This document shows positions 62,113-64,000 of a DNA stretch of 64,000 nt, piece after piece. A program made the translations under genes and the position numbers. The notes under the pieces are model-generated. The model saw nothing but the letters and a program-made list of their open reading frames with translations, was not told where the DNA came from and did no database searches. Source of the stretch: Macrostomum hystrix (lineage: Eukaryota > Animalia > Platyhelminthes); assembly GCA_950097015.1 (NCBI GenBank), contig CATNEN010000012.1, positions 2,976,001-3,040,000 on the forward strand, read 5' to 3'. Within the stretch, counting starts at the first letter, position 1. Each line of letters begins with the position of its first letter.

Positions 62113-64000
62113 ATGGCCGCAGCAGCCGCTGATCAGGATTCGCTTCATCGCGAGCAGGCACGCCAGCAAGATCCCTGGGCGGCACAGCAGTATAGCCTGC
62201 TAGATGCTCCCTGTTCACAAATGATGAACAGGAACAGTGCCGGCAGTGGTCACCGTGTGTATTCGGACGATGCTGACGATGATAGCACAATCCAGACGCC
62301 TCCAGGCGGACAGGACGTCCACAATTGGACAATGGAGGGCGCCAATGCCTCGCCTTCGCCGCACGAACTGCTGGACACTTCGCTGAAAATGCTGTTCCGC
62401 TCCCAGGAGAAGATTGTCGATCTGAAGCGCATGATTAATCACCTGATCGAGGCCGATGCTGTCCTTCATCCGGGCGAGACGGTCAGTTTCCTGCTTTTCC
62501 CAGAATTCACCCTTCCCAACCTCCTCATCCTCACCGTCTTCGAAACTTAGCTAGCTAGCACTTAGCACTTAGCTAACCCCTGTTCCCGATGTACGTACGG
62601 CCTAACCCCTGTTCCCGATGTACGTACGGCCTAACCCCTGTTCCCGATGTACGTACGGCCTAACCCCTGTTCCCGATTACACACCGCCTAACCCCTGTTC
62701 CCGATGTACGTACGGCTTAACCCCTGTTCCCGATGTACGTACGGCCTAACCCCTGTTCCCGATGTACGTACGGCCTAACCCCTGTTCCCGATGTACTTAC
62801 GGCTTAACCCCTGTTCCCGATGTACGTACGGCCTAACCCCTGTTCCTGATGTACGTACGGCCTAACCCCTGTTCCCGATGTACGTACGGCCTAACCCCTG
62901 TTCCCGATTACACACCGCCTAACCCCTGTTCCCGATGTACGTACGGCCTAACCCCTGTTCCCGATTACACACCGCCTAACCCCTGTTCCCGATGTACGTA
63001 CGGCCTAACCCCTGTTCCCGATGTACTTACGGCTTAACCCCTGTTCCCGATGTACGTACGGCCTAACCCCTGTTCCTGATGTACGTACGGCCTAACCCCT
63101 GTTCCCGATGTACGTACGGCCTAACCCCTGTTCCCGATTACACACCGCCTAACCCCTGTTCCCGATGTACGTACGGCCTAACCCCTGTTCCCGATTACAC
63201 ACCGCCTAACCCCTGTTCCCGATTACACACCGCCTAACCCCTGTTCCCGATGTACGTACGGCCTAACCCCTGTTCCCGATTACACACCGCCTAACCCCTG
63301 TTCCCGATGTACGTACGGCTTAACCCCTGTTCCCGATGTACGTACGGCCTAACCCCTGTTCCCGATGTACGTACGGCCTAACCCCTGTTCCCGATGTACG
63401 TACGGCCTAACCCCTGTTCCCGATTACACACCGCCTAACCCCTGTTCCCGATGTACGTATGGCCTAACCCCTGTTCCCGATGTACGCATGAACTAAACCC
63501 ACTGCCCAATATACACCCAAAATAACCCTTGTTCCCAATGTACACATGACCTAAACTCTGTGCCCAATGTAACCCACCCTGCCTCAGATTCTAAGCAGGC
63601 TCAATCCTTCTCATTTCTCGCTTCTGTCAAACAGAAAGACGCATTTTTCCAACGCAAGGCTGTAAAAAATTTTTCAGGCTGGCGGCGTCGATGCCATCAA
63701 CGAGAAGTGGCAGCCGCTGCAGCTGCACCATGCGCCAGTGCAGATGCGGCAGCAGCCACCAGCTCGCCAGAGACAGCAGCAGCAACCCGATTTCAACTCG
63801 CCGCCCCAGCTAGTGGGTCGCGGATCAGGAAATCTCATTAAAGAAAATGAAGAGGTAGGAAATCAAATGCAACTAAATTTTCTTATTACGCTACTGACCA
63901 GTAGAGTCGTGCGCTTATTTGATACGAATTATTTCTATACCCAACCAGCTGAAGGCGGTCAACAAGCAGTGGCACGAGTTCTGGTCCAACCAGAAGGCTC
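62113..64000 (+). CDS. Coiled-coil protein with a TNIP/ABIN-like motif; 3' part outside the window
   Basis: Exons 62113-62481, 63678-63854, 63949-end are phase 0 compatible; the junction peptide LIKENEE|LKAVNKQWHEFWSNQK resembles, from recall, ABIN EELLEVNKQWD. Confidence 0.6.
62572..63500. repeat. 29/25-bp intronic minisatellite (AACCCCTGTTCCCGATGTACGTACGGCCT)
   Basis: Direct repetition in intron 62482-63677. Confidence 0.95.

Noticed and set aside
6608-62469. Antisense and alternative-frame ORFs over GC-rich exons (for example 6608-6928, 8227-8448, 38987-39292, 56828-57130, 62215-62469)
   Set aside because: Shadow ORFs of real exons with no independent motifs.

Overview
Eukaryotic (animal) genomic DNA. 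Compact GC-rich exons are separated by introns packed with minisatellites. This texture plus the gene content suggests a flatworm such as Macrostomum lignano (inference, not verified). Seven spliced protein genes were reconstructed by hand with phase-consistent splice sites: a PH + tandem PDZ-like adaptor (+), a SKOR/Fussel co-repressor (-), a catalytically dead neprilysin-like M13 protein (+), a winged-helix + PNP/MTA-nucleosidase-fold protein (-), FAU/eS30 (+), D2HGDH (+) and a TNIP/ABIN-like coiled-coil protein (+, runs off the window). The window also holds a decayed mariner transposase, two tRNA-derived SINE families, four GG-ended MITE families with 8-9 bp target-site duplications (TSDs), and about 30 minisatellite arrays. 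Most long ORFs in the supplied track are artefacts of those arrays. Main leads: (1) a FAU-D2HGDH operon-like pair in which the D2HGDH mitochondrial presequence has no Met of its own and may use the spliced-leader AUG; (2) the wHTH-nucleosidase protein; (3) a strong 16-bp period shared by unrelated arrays and by MITE terminal repeats; (4) same-family MITEs carrying different cores. All coordinates were counted by hand; repeat boundaries are approximate.
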